A stretch of DNA of 64,000 nt, from the IMG/VR virus record IMGVR_UViG_3300033997_000077, positions 65,993 to 129,992 of that record. One strand, given 5' to 3'. Shown one piece after another: positions 37,466 through 48,106 of the stretch. Origin of the DNA: a virus. Under the pieces are notes generated by a model. That model saw only the letters and a program-made list of their open reading frames with translations, was not told the DNA's origin and did no database searches. A program made the position numbers and the translations under genes. Each line of letters begins with the position of its first letter. Position 1 is the first letter of the stretch.

Positions 37466-39811
37466 TTACCTCGCCATCATAATGTTCACTTGTACGTTGA
37501 GATTGCTGCCGTAGGCCGAAACCTTGGCACCAGTGACGCGCATCTTCGCGATCACTTCAACGGCGCGCGCCTTGTAGTTGGAAGCAACGATGTCCGCTGA
37601 GTACGTCAAGTGGCGGTCAGCGTATACTGTCGCCTGATCATCCACCGCACTATGGGCAGAGAAACCAGCACGTCCAGTACCGCGAGCATTCGATCCGTAC
37701 TCGGGGGACTTGGCACCAACTTCAACGATTGCAACCACACACTCAATGGATTCGCGGTGCAGCTCGCTTGAAAAACCCGGCCCGAGGCTGGCGCTGAATT
37801 CCGCGTTGATCATCATCGACATATCTTCGGTGATTTGAATCTTCTGCGTGAAGACGATCTCTTCGGAGTCGGTAGCGCTGCGTTGGCCCGCAATGATCTG
37901 CGTGCGCTTTCTGGCAGCAGGGTCTTGATCAGGAGCATAGCTGAGTCTGACGAGCGGGAATTGCGTGTCGTCGATTACGATGCCGTCACGCCCACTGAAG
38001 ATCGGGCGCGGGCATGGAACCTTGAGCGGAGCACGGCCATGACGTTCGAGCAGAATACCGCTCGGTGTCAGGAACGCGTGAGTCAACACACCTTCGAGGC
38101 TGCGGTCAGGGCTACCACTGTTCACTTGGTTCTGGAACACCAGAATCTCAATGAAGCGGTTACTGTGCGCAGGGATCGGAGTGTTCATCACAACGTGGTC
38201 GCCGATCAGCTGGAACTCAGACTGCATCACCACCGTACCAGTGTCGATGATAAACACGTGCGACTTCGACACGGGAGCAACAGTCAGTTGGAAGCTGCTG
38301 GTCTCCAAGTCGATCTGGAATTGGTGCGGGATGATTTTGGTGCTGGCCCCGATGCGTGCGTTGTGGCGCAAGCAGTAGAGATCGACGGGCACACCTGCCG
38401 GAATGTTCTCGGTGAAGCGGAGCTTGCCATCGTTGATAGTGTACGCCGTGACAGGGTTCTGCAAACGACTCACTACCGCGATAACCTGCTCGACGTCCGT
38501 GATACCTGCACCAAGTTCAATCTCTGGGGAGCCGCCGTCGCCAGTAACGGAAACGACAGTCACTTCCAGTTCGTGACCAGTGGTCGGCTCCCGCACGAAT
38601 GCACGCGCGTTGAGATCCAAGTTGGTGTCCGGCGCTTCACTAAGGATCAGCTGGTCGCCCTCAAGGACATCGAATGCTGTGCGCGGCTGCGTAGCGCCAC
38701 CAACAACCAGCATGACGTCAGCACTGGTGTCCACAGCTTCCAGCATTTCGTACACCAGAGAACTCGGAGTCGCCGTGGTAACCAGTGATTTGCTGACCAG
38801 CTTAGACGGCGGAGAGTACAGCACGACGCCAGATGCCGGAGTTGAACCGTTACTCGGCGGCGGAGACCACACGGGCGGCTTGCCGGGTTCGCCGGGCGTA
38901 AGCACCCAGTCTGGCGGCACGTCGTCGGTATTATCTGGTAGCGGAATTCCACCGCCACCGCTGCGCGCAGTCCCCGCGACCCACACTGCGATCACCGAAG
39001 TTGCGGTGAACAGTGGAATCTCGGGGACGTCGGTGTTGAGCTGCAAGAGCTTGCCGTCGTATTCGGCAGAGCGGCAGTAGCCCGCGCCACCACCGCTGAT
39101 CACACTGACGATAATGCTGTCGGTGATCTTCAGTCCTTCATACAGCCCCTCGGCGTTGATTTGCGTCGGGGAGATGAAACGCGCACCGACCGGATCGCTC
39201 CACACGCGATCATAACCAGCGAACGACCACGCGTTACCGCCGATGCCAGCGCGGAACGCCATGCCGGGAACTTTGCCGCCGTCAGCCGTGGTGAATAGGT
39301 CGGCAACAACGACCGTAGTAGACGACATGCCGCTATCAATCGGGGGCAGCCAGTTCACGGACGTGACTTGAGGGAGCGTAACGTGCTCCCCCATGCTTAC
39401 GTTGAACACGCGGTCGATGTCTTGCTCGCTGATCATGTAGAGCAGCAGGCTTACACGGTGCGCGTTGCCACGGAACTTGTGAATGGGATTAGCGAGCACA
39501 ACGTGGGCGAACGGGATGCCGTCTTCGAGACTGACCAGCGCTTCACCGATAAGGGCTTCGCCTTGATCGGGAACGTTGGCCGGAATGTCGAACGTGAATC
39601 GCACAAGGTTGCCACCAAGCACTTCAAGAAAACGAATGCCTGACACCTCAGCAACCTTGTTCCCGATAAGCGTCTCGGGTACTGCGGTCGGTTCACTTCC
39701 CTTGTAATCGCCAAAGGAACAGCGGGTGGGCCGCAAGTACAGCCCACCATCTTTAGCAGACGTGAATGCCTGCATCCCTTGCGGGGTCAAACGTAGAGTT
39801 TCTACATACAT
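37466..39811 (-). CDS. baseplate/tail-fibre attachment protein
   Basis: N-terminal LTPQG...IGE fibre-anchor-like domain; repeated Q....F.l.g..l beta modules; position after the baseplate genes. Confidence 0.55.
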   Translation of the reverse strand: MYVETLRLTPQGMQAFTSAKDGGLYLRPTRCSFGDYKGSEPTAVPETLIGNKVAEVSGIRFLEVLGGNLVRFTFDIPANVPDQGEALIGEALVSLEDGIPFAHVVLANPIHKFRGNAHRVSLLLYMISEQDIDRVFNVSMGEHVTLPQVTSVNWLPPIDSGMSSTTVVVADLFTTADGGKVPGMAFRAGIGGNAWSFAGYDRVWSDPVGARFISPTQINAEGLYEGLKITDSIIVSVISGGGAGYCRSAEYDGKLLQLNTDVPEIPLFTATSVIAVWVAGTARSGGGGIPLPDNTDDVPPDWVLTPGEPGKPPVWSPPPSNGSTPASGVVLYSPPSKLVSKSLVTTATPSSLVYEMLEAVDTSADVMLVVGGATQPRTAFDVLEGDQLILSEAPDTNLDLNARAFVREPTTGHELEVTVVSVTGDGGSPEIELGAGITDVEQVIAVVSRLQNPVTAYTINDGKLRFTENIPAGVPVDLYCLRHNARIGASTKIIPHQFQIDLETSSFQLTVAPVSKSHVFIIDTGTVVMQSEFQLIGDHVVMNTPIPAHSNRFIEILVFQNQVNSGSPDRSLEGVLTHAFLTPSGILLERHGRAPLKVPCPRPIFSGRDGIVIDDTQFPLVRLSYAPDQDPAARKRTQIIAGQRSATDSEEIVFTQKIQITEDMSMMINAEFSASLGPGFSSELHRESIECVVAIVEVGAKSPEYGSNARGTGRAGFSAHSAVDDQATVYADRHLTYSADIVASNYKARAVEVIAKMRVTGAKVSAYGSNLNVQVNIMMAR

Positions 39812-39839
39812 TGTTGTTTCCTCGGGTATCTACCCTAAA

Positions 39840-42800
39840 TTAGGGTTTGAGATACTTGACGGTGAACTTTGCGAGCATTGCAGCACGTTTATTTGTGCGG
39901 TACAGCGCGAGACGTTCGGTGATGTTCTCATACACGATCTCGATGTAGATGGGGCCGCGTCCGCTGAAGTCACTGAGCGTCCAACTTGCACCATCCCAAC
40001 CTTCGTACCCAGTGTTGAGTACGCCGTTCGGCAACGCTGTTGGAATCAACTCTGCGGCACCCGCATCTTCACGGCAGCAGAAGTAACCGTACTGATCGGT
40101 GCGCGCATCAATGATGAAGCTACCACCACCCTGCGCGTTGAGGCGACGACCAAGGGCGAGCACTTCCACCAACGTGTTGACGCCGAACGCTGCTTCGCCG
40201 TAGTACGGGATACTGCTGATCACGTCGACAACGTGCGTTGCCTCCAATCGGATTTTGCCCTCAAGGAACAAGCAGTGCACGTACACCTTGGCATCCTGAG
40301 CAAGCTGCGTCGAGGTAAGCATTCCGCTACGTGGGTTGATTGTGATGCCCGCGTAGTTCACCTCGTCACCGTTCGCATTGCGCAATGTCCAGAAGCAGTT
40401 CGCGGTCTCGTCAGTCTCGGGGCGGGCCGCACGTTTCACAATCCCCTTCAGCTGAATGGAACTGTCGTCACGCACGCGCTTAAAGCCTTCGATTCCCAAG
40501 CTAGTCGGATAACCAACGCCGGGACAAGTTACGCGGATGGCTTCAACGATTTTCGTGCGGTCTTCGGTAAGCGTACATTCGACCACAGCATCCTGTGCAA
40601 CGTTGCTTGGTCGGAAGCGCAACAAGCCATCGCCTGACAACGTAATGCCTTCTCCGATCGGAGTACGTAGCGCCCACTGGTAACCAATGCCGATCACAGG
40701 ATTGAGCGAGTTGCCCTTGTCCTGATTACGACGTTCCCAGTGCATGACCATTTGAATGTCGGTATCGGGCGCGATGTTGGAGTCGGTGAAGTCGATGTAG
40801 GCGCTGATGATACTGCGCGACGCCCGCACCATGATCGTCATCATGCCGACAATGGTTTCCATCGTACCGTCCGGTTTCGGGTATTGGAGTTTGGCGCTGA
40901 TTGTGATCTGCGCGTCACTCTGCTGCTTGGTCACGTACAGATGGCCGTTGCTTTCACCGAGCGACACGCCGGACATGCTGACGGGGCCGACCAGTGACCA
41001 AAGGGCATCGGTTGCCGGAATCAGAATGCCTTCTGCATCGTCTGCGGTTACGAGGCGCAGGTTATACGGAACGTACCACAGCCCATCGACGTATTCGACA
41101 GTCGGGTTACCGGAAGGGGAATCGCTCACTTCGGACTGGCCGAGAATGTCGAGACTCTTCAGGTAGGTGTTGGCGCGGCGAATGTAGACCATGAGGTCAC
41201 GACTGAACTTGTTGAAGTTGTCGTTGAACACTGCACGCACCATCACGCGGCCATCAACGTTGCGCAGCGGGCGCATGTAGCCATCGCCATCAATGGACAC
41301 CAGCGGAGACGTGGCCGGAACGTATGCGCCGTCCGCCTGCATCTCTTCGTTGCTCATAATCACCCAGTCGCTCGAAACCTCCATCTCGTATTCGTAGGGC
41401 TGCCCGTCAATCTCCGTACCGTCCAGCAGAACGAGATCCCCTGTCATCGCGTAGGTGTTGACCAACGCATAGGACGCGTAAAGCTGATCGGCGCTGACTT
41501 CGGTGGGCCCTAGAATGTAGGAGTTGGTGATCGTGTTGATCGGAGTCGGCACTGCTGGCGTAACCGTGATGTCGAGGTACGCCTTCACGTTGTAGTAACG
41601 TGCGGTCAAACGTGCGAGCTTCAACTCCGTCACCGTGTCGATTTGCATGATGGCACCGTGGGCCGACATCAACTTCAAGTCATCCATCGAGCGCGCTTCA
41701 GCAAACACGGGCAGCCGCGAAGACGTCATCGACAGGAAGTCGTCGAAGTCTTTGGGCTCGCGGTTCTCCAACACGGTAATCAGTTCGAGGAACGGCCACT
41801 CTCGGGCGCTGAAGGTAATGAGGTCGGTGTACTGATCCTGCTCGTACCAATCCGCAGTCCACACTGCTGGGATATAGGCACGGTCTCCGGTGTCGTACTG
41901 CACTTGGGCGCGCACGAAAGTCCGGCTACGTTCACCAACAACTGACGGCGCTTCCAGATGCAGGGCAACTACGCGATTGCGCAGAGGCGACAACGAAATG
42001 GTCGTCACGTTCTCCAACACCTTGCCATTGTGTTCGTAGCGCGCCGTGAGCTTGGCCCGCCCATGCAGAGTGCCGCTGAACACCAGCAGCTGGCGCATGA
42101 ACTTCTCGTCCTTCACCGAGTCGTACCCCTCAACCGTGCTATCGCGGAAGCTGAGTTCGACGTACTGGGTGTAATCAGGATTGTCGGGATCCAAGTCAGA
42201 CGCATCTTCTCCGGCAGCCAAGCGGCGGGCAATCTCGGCCAGTACGTCGGCGCGCGCTTGTGCAACCGCTGACTCGCTGGGGATGAACACGACTTCGTAC
42301 TTGGCGTTGAGTTCGGTCTGGGCACCAGAGTTCCATTCACCGATGGAACGCAGCGTGTTTTGGGTCTGGCTCGGGAGGAAGGTATTCATCAACACGTCGA
42401 GCGTTTGCAGTTGCAGCAGCTCGTCATAGACGACCACGGACTTGAAGCCCGAAACAGTTGCGCCGTTGTACTGCGCAGTGAACCCGATTCCGTATTTGGT
42501 ATCCTCGGCCACCACGGGAGCGATAAACTCTCCGGTCACCGGATGGGGATTGAGTGCGCCGTAATCTGATCCAGACACGCCGTACCAGCGGCTGTTGTGG
42601 GCAGCGCGCCACCCGCGAACGTACAGGGGATTTGCTGCGTCAATCTCTGACTGCGGAGCATCGAGGTCAACGATGTAGAGCTGCGCTTCCGGAATGAAGG
42701 TCGCACGTTCAACGATACGATCCGGCACGCGAATTCTGGTAGCGAGCACGCCCCAGCGACGGGCAATAACACGCACCACGTTGCGCTTGGTCAAACGCGG

Positions 42801-44360
42801 GCCGCCCGGCGTTTGGTATTCGGCAATCAGGGTTGCGAGGTAGTCGGTACTCTGCACAGAGGTAACGACGGTGTTGTCCTGAATGTCCAACTTGTTCGTG
42901 CTGGAATACAGGACAGCCTGCACCTCTTCCACAGTGTCGTCGTTGAACTTCGCACGCGTCACCACGTTGAAGTTCTGGCCCTGCGGCACGCTAAGCGGAG
43001 TGATGAATTCCAACTCCACGGCATAGCGCTCGGCCACGTTACGCAGCACCTTCAGTTGGAAGGTTGCAACCAGCTCACGGTCTACGCCGATGTAGGTACA
43101 GCGAACGTTGGCGATGCCGTCAGCGAGTACGTTGGGCAGCACCAAGGTAGCGCCTTCGAACACGCCGAAGTCAGTCTCCCATTTCAGGAACCCGCTCTCT
43201 TCCGTGATGTCTACGGTAGACGTTCCCGCGTACTGCGCGTAGGCCGTAAAGGGAACACGGCGTCCGCCATACGATGGGTTCTGCGCACGAATCGACAGCG
43301 TGACAGGATCCACGACGTTGATGTTGGATTCCAGTTGGAGTTCAACGAACTTGGATTGATCGCGGTAGCTGAGTTCAACGCGGATCGCCTTCTTGAATTC
43401 CGGAACCTTGAACACGCACCAGCCGACGTCAGCAGCCTCAATCTCGGGAGACACACAATACGCCTGCTGCACCGAAGACGATCCATCTTGATAGCGCGTC
43501 ACGTAGCTGAAGGTAAAGCGAGCGCCCGCACGAATCACGGTAGTGCCATGCTCGAACCCGCTTGCTCCCAAGTCGATGGCCTTGCCGCCCGCGCTGTTGT
43601 AGCGGAACGGTTCGTGAATCAGGCGGGCCCCGTACATGAGCTTGGCGCTTGCCTGTGTGGTAATGATGATCGATTCGAGCACGTCTTCGATGGGTGCCCA
43701 CTGGTAGAAGAATTCAGTGATGCGCTTGCCGAACAGGTAGGCCCGCACGTAGGACTTGTGCAGCGTCTCGTTGTTCAGCTGCAAGCCAACGTGGTTGGTT
43801 GCCCACTCCCGCGCCTCGTCTTCATTCATCCAGTTACCGGATACCAGCAGATCGATGATCTCGGGAACAAGGCTGTGGCTGATCGTGAGTTCGAACCCAG
43901 CGTCTTCAGCAGAGGCTCCAACTTCAAGTTCCATGTGAGTGGTTGGATACCACTTGCCGCCGTCTGCAAGCGTCCGGCCTTGCGGCACCGTGTAGAAGCT
44001 GCGGTAGTCTGAAGTCCAGAGACGAGTGACGTTGAAAAGGTCATCGATCAGGAACGCCGCGAATTTATCCCAGTTCGCGGTGTCCATGACTTGGCGGTAT
44101 TGGTTGACGGTATCGAACGCGGCGGCCAAGCGCAGCGCCTGTTTGCGCATAATCCCGCTGCTCAGGTTGATACCGATCATCCGGAGGCTGGCCTCAGCAA
44201 CCGCATACTCTTCGGTATCGGCAACTTTGCGCACGGCCATAAGAGCTTCAACCTGCGGCAGGATCAACGTGTCGTTTGCTGAACGCAAGAGGTCAATGAG
44301 TTCCACCCACGAAGGGTTTTCCTCAATGACGTCCAACGATGGCAGATCAGATGAAAGCAT
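39840..44360 (-). CDS. very large baseplate wedge-like protein with Ig-like repeats
   Basis: ~1500 aa; follows the baseplate J-like gene; repeated Ig-like units (L.I.G...V). Confidence 0.6.
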   Translation of the reverse strand: MLSSDLPSLDVIEENPSWVELIDLLRSANDTLILPQVEALMAVRKVADTEEYAVAEASLRMIGINLSSGIMRKQALRLAAAFDTVNQYRQVMDTANWDKFAAFLIDDLFNVTRLWTSDYRSFYTVPQGRTLADGGKWYPTTHMELEVGASAEDAGFELTISHSLVPEIIDLLVSGNWMNEDEAREWATNHVGLQLNNETLHKSYVRAYLFGKRITEFFYQWAPIEDVLESIIITTQASAKLMYGARLIHEPFRYNSAGGKAIDLGASGFEHGTTVIRAGARFTFSYVTRYQDGSSSVQQAYCVSPEIEAADVGWCVFKVPEFKKAIRVELSYRDQSKFVELQLESNINVVDPVTLSIRAQNPSYGGRRVPFTAYAQYAGTSTVDITEESGFLKWETDFGVFEGATLVLPNVLADGIANVRCTYIGVDRELVATFQLKVLRNVAERYAVELEFITPLSVPQGQNFNVVTRAKFNDDTVEEVQAVLYSSTNKLDIQDNTVVTSVQSTDYLATLIAEYQTPGGPRLTKRNVVRVIARRWGVLATRIRVPDRIVERATFIPEAQLYIVDLDAPQSEIDAANPLYVRGWRAAHNSRWYGVSGSDYGALNPHPVTGEFIAPVVAEDTKYGIGFTAQYNGATVSGFKSVVVYDELLQLQTLDVLMNTFLPSQTQNTLRSIGEWNSGAQTELNAKYEVVFIPSESAVAQARADVLAEIARRLAAGEDASDLDPDNPDYTQYVELSFRDSTVEGYDSVKDEKFMRQLLVFSGTLHGRAKLTARYEHNGKVLENVTTISLSPLRNRVVALHLEAPSVVGERSRTFVRAQVQYDTGDRAYIPAVWTADWYEQDQYTDLITFSAREWPFLELITVLENREPKDFDDFLSMTSSRLPVFAEARSMDDLKLMSAHGAIMQIDTVTELKLARLTARYYNVKAYLDITVTPAVPTPINTITNSYILGPTEVSADQLYASYALVNTYAMTGDLVLLDGTEIDGQPYEYEMEVSSDWVIMSNEEMQADGAYVPATSPLVSIDGDGYMRPLRNVDGRVMVRAVFNDNFNKFSRDLMVYIRRANTYLKSLDILGQSEVSDSPSGNPTVEYVDGLWYVPYNLRLVTADDAEGILIPATDALWSLVGPVSMSGVSLGESNGHLYVTKQQSDAQITISAKLQYPKPDGTMETIVGMMTIMVRASRSIISAYIDFTDSNIAPDTDIQMVMHWERRNQDKGNSLNPVIGIGYQWALRTPIGEGITLSGDGLLRFRPSNVAQDAVVECTLTEDRTKIVEAIRVTCPGVGYPTSLGIEGFKRVRDDSSIQLKGIVKRAARPETDETANCFWTLRNANGDEVNYAGITINPRSGMLTSTQLAQDAKVYVHCLFLEGKIRLEATHVVDVISSIPYYGEAAFGVNTLVEVLALGRRLNAQGGGSFIIDARTDQYGYFCCREDAGAAELIPTALPNGVLNTGYEGWDGASWTLSDFSGRGPIYIEIVYENITERLALYRTNKRAAMLAKFTVKYLKP

Positions 44361-45801
44361 TAGAGTCACCTCGTTTGCTGTAGACCACAGTCACGCGCAC
44401 GCTACGCAGTCCGATGTATTCGAGCTTCGAGCCGGGCGTGAGGTCTTCTTCTGGGGAGAGAACGCGCACGTAATCCACGTAGTCCAAACGCTGCTTGCCT
44501 TCGATGCGGCAGCAGTCGCTCAGGTCGTCGATTGCCAACATGCGGCCCAAGATTCCGGCACGTGGTTTGAACAGTTCGGTGATCTTGCGCATAGAACGCA
44601 ATTCAACGTCACGCAGATCACCAGTGTACCATTCGTGCACCGCAACCTCGACAACTACGGGAACCAGAATGCGCGTCGGGTTCCAAGTCTGCACGGTGTG
44701 GAACGGCTTGTACTTGGCGAGCATGTCCAGCAGGCGCACCCATGCAGCGGAAGTTGGGTTGGGGTTGACTCCGCCGAACGTTGAACCAGATTCCGCCAGC
44801 ACGCAAACGCGCAGCATCAGTTGCCATGTCGGGTCACTGGGGGCCACGTCGCGTTGGCTCAGAATCGCGCAATCCGCCACGCCGGGAAAAGCCAAAATTG
44901 CAGCGCGCCATTCGTCGGGACGTGACAGGCGGCCTTCGCTCAGGTGCAGGATGGGCCCGAACTGCTTGTAGAACTCGAACGGCAATTCGTCGTCCGCACC
45001 AAGCAAGGGCTCAAGTGTGCGGCCCGCAACGTTGGTGTTCTCCACGACTTCCGCCAGCAGTCCAACGCTATCGTTGTTGTCGCGCAGCCCGCCGCTCACG
45101 TGGTAGCGCACGAACAGCTTGTGATCCTTGTCGGGTGCGTAACCGAAGTAGCGGCCACCGAACAGCAGGGTCACCGATCCATCTTCATTGGTCACGTCGG
45201 TCACCACGCGGTCACCAACTGCCGCTCTGGTCAGCGCACGGTCGATAACGGTGTAGGGATAGACCGCACCTGTCGCATCTTCAGTCCACACTTCATACGA
45301 AGAGATGGTGAAGTTGGTTGCGGAAAGCGGAACCGTGAGCAGGTCGTAACGCTCAGTCAGCGTGAAGCTCTCAACGCGCACCTCGCCGATTTCGATTGTG
45401 GCGTCGCCAGTTTGGCCGGGCAAAAGGTGAAGAGTTTGGGTCAAGAACGCACCACGTCCGCCGACTGTCAGGGGAGTACCGCGATCATAGTTGATTGTGT
45501 CGGAGGTGCCGTTGGTGAAGCGCACAGTTGATACGGCGGGCGACTTGCGCTTGATGGGGATCCCGAGGAAGCGCGCACCAGCGTAGGTACTGGACTGACG
45601 GCGCGACAACTGGATGAATGCTTCGCGCGCCGCAATGTTGATTGCTGCGGAGTTGGCCTCGCCAATGTCACCGAGCACGTCAGCCAACAGCACCAGCATG
45701 GACGCCGCTTGCTTGTCGCTCCACTGGGTGGTTTCGCTGGCCTTCGCCAAGATGTAGTCGACGATCTGGCGGTGGGTTGTCAGTTGCGTTAGGTTAGCCA
45801 T
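44347..45801 (-). CDS. baseplate wedge subunit (baseplate J / T4 gp6-like)
   Basis: AREAFIQLSRRQSS, LLFGGRYFG, YHVSGG, GADDE, FPGVAD. Confidence 0.8.
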   Translation of the reverse strand: MANLTQLTTHRQIVDYILAKASETTQWSDKQAASMLVLLADVLGDIGEANSAAINIAAREAFIQLSRRQSSTYAGARFLGIPIKRKSPAVSTVRFTNGTSDTINYDRGTPLTVGGRGAFLTQTLHLLPGQTGDATIEIGEVRVESFTLTERYDLLTVPLSATNFTISSYEVWTEDATGAVYPYTVIDRALTRAAVGDRVVTDVTNEDGSVTLLFGGRYFGYAPDKDHKLFVRYHVSGGLRDNNDSVGLLAEVVENTNVAGRTLEPLLGADDELPFEFYKQFGPILHLSEGRLSRPDEWRAAILAFPGVADCAILSQRDVAPSDPTWQLMLRVCVLAESGSTFGGVNPNPTSAAWVRLLDMLAKYKPFHTVQTWNPTRILVPVVVEVAVHEWYTGDLRDVELRSMRKITELFKPRAGILGRMLAIDDLSDCCRIEGKQRLDYVDYVRVLSPEEDLTPGSKLEYIGLRSVRVTVVYSKRGDSNAFI

Positions 45802-46231
45802 TGTTGCTCCTTAATCCGGCCACGCGACGCGGAAGACTGAGGGCGTTGCCCTGCGGTTGAAGTTGGAAGTTGTAGTTGATCACCGCGCTCTTCTCGCCGC
45901 TTGGGAGAATGACGCGGAAGTCGAGTGAGCACTCGTAGGTCTGAAGGCCGCGCGTAACCGAAATGTGCAGGTCGGTGAACAGGTCGCGAATCTCGTTGGC
46001 CGGATTCTCGATTGCTTCTTGAATGCCGATGCCGATCCAGCCTGCGGTGATGTCATCGAAGGGCTCGAACAAGCTGGCGTAAGTGGTGCTGCCGAACTCT
46101 TCGTAGCGCTTGCGTGCACCGCGCGGCACACTGAGAACGACGATCAGCTTTTGCACAGCGGAGTCAACGTCGGTAACGGTGTCCGCTGCCTGTTGCCCGT
46201 AGTCCATGCTGACGTCTGATAGAGTTGCCAT
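45794..46231 (-). CDS. baseplate wedge protein (GPW/gp25-like)
   Basis: VQKLIVVLSVPRGARKRYEEFGS...LFEPFD. Confidence 0.75.
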   Translation of the reverse strand: MATLSDVSMDYGQQAADTVTDVDSAVQKLIVVLSVPRGARKRYEEFGSTTYASLFEPFDDITAGWIGIGIQEAIENPANEIRDLFTDLHISVTRGLQTYECSLDFRVILPSGEKSAVINYNFQLQPQGNALSLPRRVAGLRSNNG

Positions 46232-46521
46232 TATCCTGCCCTCACGTTCTTGGATCCCTTGCCCGCTGAATCGCCACAGCTGATCTGGTCACCAGTTCTA
46301 TGCACGGGCCGACCATTCACTTTGACTGTTGACGGGGACTGCGCAACGCGCGAACCGTGTACGACTTTGCCGCAACGGTGCGGGGAATACTTGTCGCCCA
46401 TGCGCACAACGCGAATGCCGTTGGCCTTAACGTTGGACGACGCAGACGTTGGCTGAGTCGGTGGGAAACATCCGTGCCCCTTGGACTTGTCGACGCCAAC
46501 GCGAATGACTGGTTTGCCCAT
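46231..46521 (-). CDS. PAAR-repeat spike tip protein
   Basis: GHGCFPP, NVKANGIRVVRMGD, HRCG..HG, VKVNGRPVHRTGD.ISCG. Confidence 0.9.
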   Translation of the reverse strand: MGKPVIRVGVDKSKGHGCFPPTQPTSASSNVKANGIRVVRMGDKYSPHRCGKVVHGSRVAQSPSTVKVNGRPVHRTGDQISCGDSAGKGSKNVRAG

Positions 46522-46538
46522 GATTTTGCTCCAAAACG

Positions 46539-46562
46539 AAAAGAGGGGCCACTGGGGCCCCT
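46539..46562 (-). terminator. terminator-like hairpin upstream of the PAAR gene
   Basis: AGGGGCC-CCAGT-GGCCCCT followed by CTTTT on the - strand. Confidence 0.65.
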
Positions 46563-46595
46563 ATGGTTTGTGTGCCTAGACACAAATTATCGCGT

Positions 46596-47270
46596 TCACG
46601 CAGTCTCCTTGCGTGCCACCGGAGTCGGTCGCTTGCGCGGATCGGTGCGCGTAATGTGCAGCTCTCGGTATAGGGGGATGCGTAAGAAGTTGCTCGCGGG
46701 GCCAAAGCCGTCACGGACAACGCCAAGCTCTTCAGCATACTGCTTGAAATACTTCATCCGTGCTACGTCTGACGTGCGCAGGCAATCGGGGACTTTCCCT
46801 TCTTGTAGACACTTCAGGACTTGCTTCACCGGAGTACCATACACATAGTGGAAGGTCTCAGGCGTGTGCCACATTTCATCGTGCACGTAGTGAAAGAGAG
46901 TGTGTTTATCCCGCATTCTCTTCAGCAGCTTCACGTCCATCTTGATGCCCCAGTCCATCCCGTAGCGCTCAACAAACGCGAGCACTATCAGGAAGTGAAC
47001 GTCGAGAAGCATCCCGATTTCTACTGCATTGTAGTTAGCAAGTCCGAAACGTGCACGCACAGTCATGGCGCGCCCAAACATTGTCTCACCGACTTCGTTA
47101 AGACTGAAGCCGTCGAACACTTGCAGCGGTCGGTCGGGGGATCCCGTGACGTGCGAGTATGTCAGAGACAAGCAGCGGTCAATCAAGTTCTCAGGCATAG
47201 GCCGGATCGTTTGATGTACGTACTGGCACCACTTACCTAGCTTGGCTTCTACTTCATTGGTTTTCAGCAT
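46596..47270 (-). CDS. hypothetical protein
   Basis: 224 aa; AGGAG RBS. Confidence 0.6.
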   Translation of the reverse strand: MLKTNEVEAKLGKWCQYVHQTIRPMPENLIDRCLSLTYSHVTGSPDRPLQVFDGFSLNEVGETMFGRAMTVRARFGLANYNAVEIGMLLDVHFLIVLAFVERYGMDWGIKMDVKLLKRMRDKHTLFHYVHDEMWHTPETFHYVYGTPVKQVLKCLQEGKVPDCLRTSDVARMKYFKQYAEELGVVRDGFGPASNFLRIPLYRELHITRTDPRKRPTPVARKETA

Positions 47271-47571
47271 TCCCTGAACTCCTGAACAGAGACGGGCACA
47301 CAGCGTCAGACTTCTGCACCTTCACCCGAACGAAAGCAACTAGGTCTCTCAGAGTTTTGGGGATAGGTGCGCACGTGAGATGGAACGTAAGTGGGCCCTC
47401 GGTGGTTTCCACTTGCAGCAACTGGATGGTCTTATCCCAATCAATCGCGACAACCGGAATACTCAACGTAGATCCTTCTTCGTATTCGAACTCACCCAAC
47501 GCTACGGGCACGTTATTACACTGGGCCGCAGTGATCGTGTATCTCTTCACCACTTCGTTTAGCATAGCCAT
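47254..47571 (-). CDS. hypothetical protein
   Basis: 105 aa; GAGGG RBS. Confidence 0.55.
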   Translation of the reverse strand: MAMLNEVVKRYTITAAQCNNVPVALGEFEYEEGSTLSIPVVAIDWDKTIQLLQVETTEGPLTFHLTCAPIPKTLRDLVAFVRVKVQKSDAVCPSLFRSSGNAENQ

Positions 47572-48106
47572 TCCCTCTTACGTCACCTGCAATCGAGTAC
47601 ACAATCTTCGGCACTTCGCTTCGGATGTGCGTGCGTAACGCAAACATGAACTGGTTGAACCACGGCACGATGTAGTCGTCAAACTCCTTCAGCTCGTAAG
47701 CGTCCGGAATCTGGTCACCGATCAGCAGGTGCTGCTTCTGGCTGTGCAGACAACGCATTACCATAGGGTGCGTGCTTTGAAAGTCACGCATAATGATGAT
47801 GCCCGTCTTGTCGGCCAGTGCGGTGTACGACGTGCTGCCCTTTGTGTAGAACGTGAACGCGTGGATCACGTACCCATCCTTGGGGCGGCGACTCAGTTGG
47901 TAAGTTGGAGGCACTGGTAAATTAGCTGCCTTCATCCGGCTAAGGATTGCTATTGCCAGTCTGACGTTGCGCGTCAGTGTTCGCGTTGACGATGCGGCGG
48001 CTACCTCGGCACTCAGTCGTTTGATTTCTCCGACTTGGTGCTGAGTGCAGAAGTCGAGGACGGATTGCAGTGAGCAGCGTCCACCGACGAACGGGTTATT
48101 GACCAT
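47516..48106 (-). CDS. hypothetical protein
   Basis: 196 aa within the operon. Confidence 0.55.
   Translation of the reverse strand: MVNNPFVGGRCSLQSVLDFCTQHQVGEIKRLSAEVAAASSTRTLTRNVRLAIAILSRMKAANLPVPPTYQLSRRPKDGYVIHAFTFYTKGSTSYTALADKTGIIIMRDFQSTHPMVMRCLHSQKQHLLIGDQIPDAYELKEFDDYIVPWFNQFMFALRTHIRSEVPKIVYSIAGDVRGNGYAKRSGEEIHDHCGPV

Noticed and set aside
44347-46521. T6SS or eCIS reading of the PAAR, gp25-like and baseplate genes
   Set aside because: Terminase, probable portal, helicase and lysis genes indicate a genuine phage
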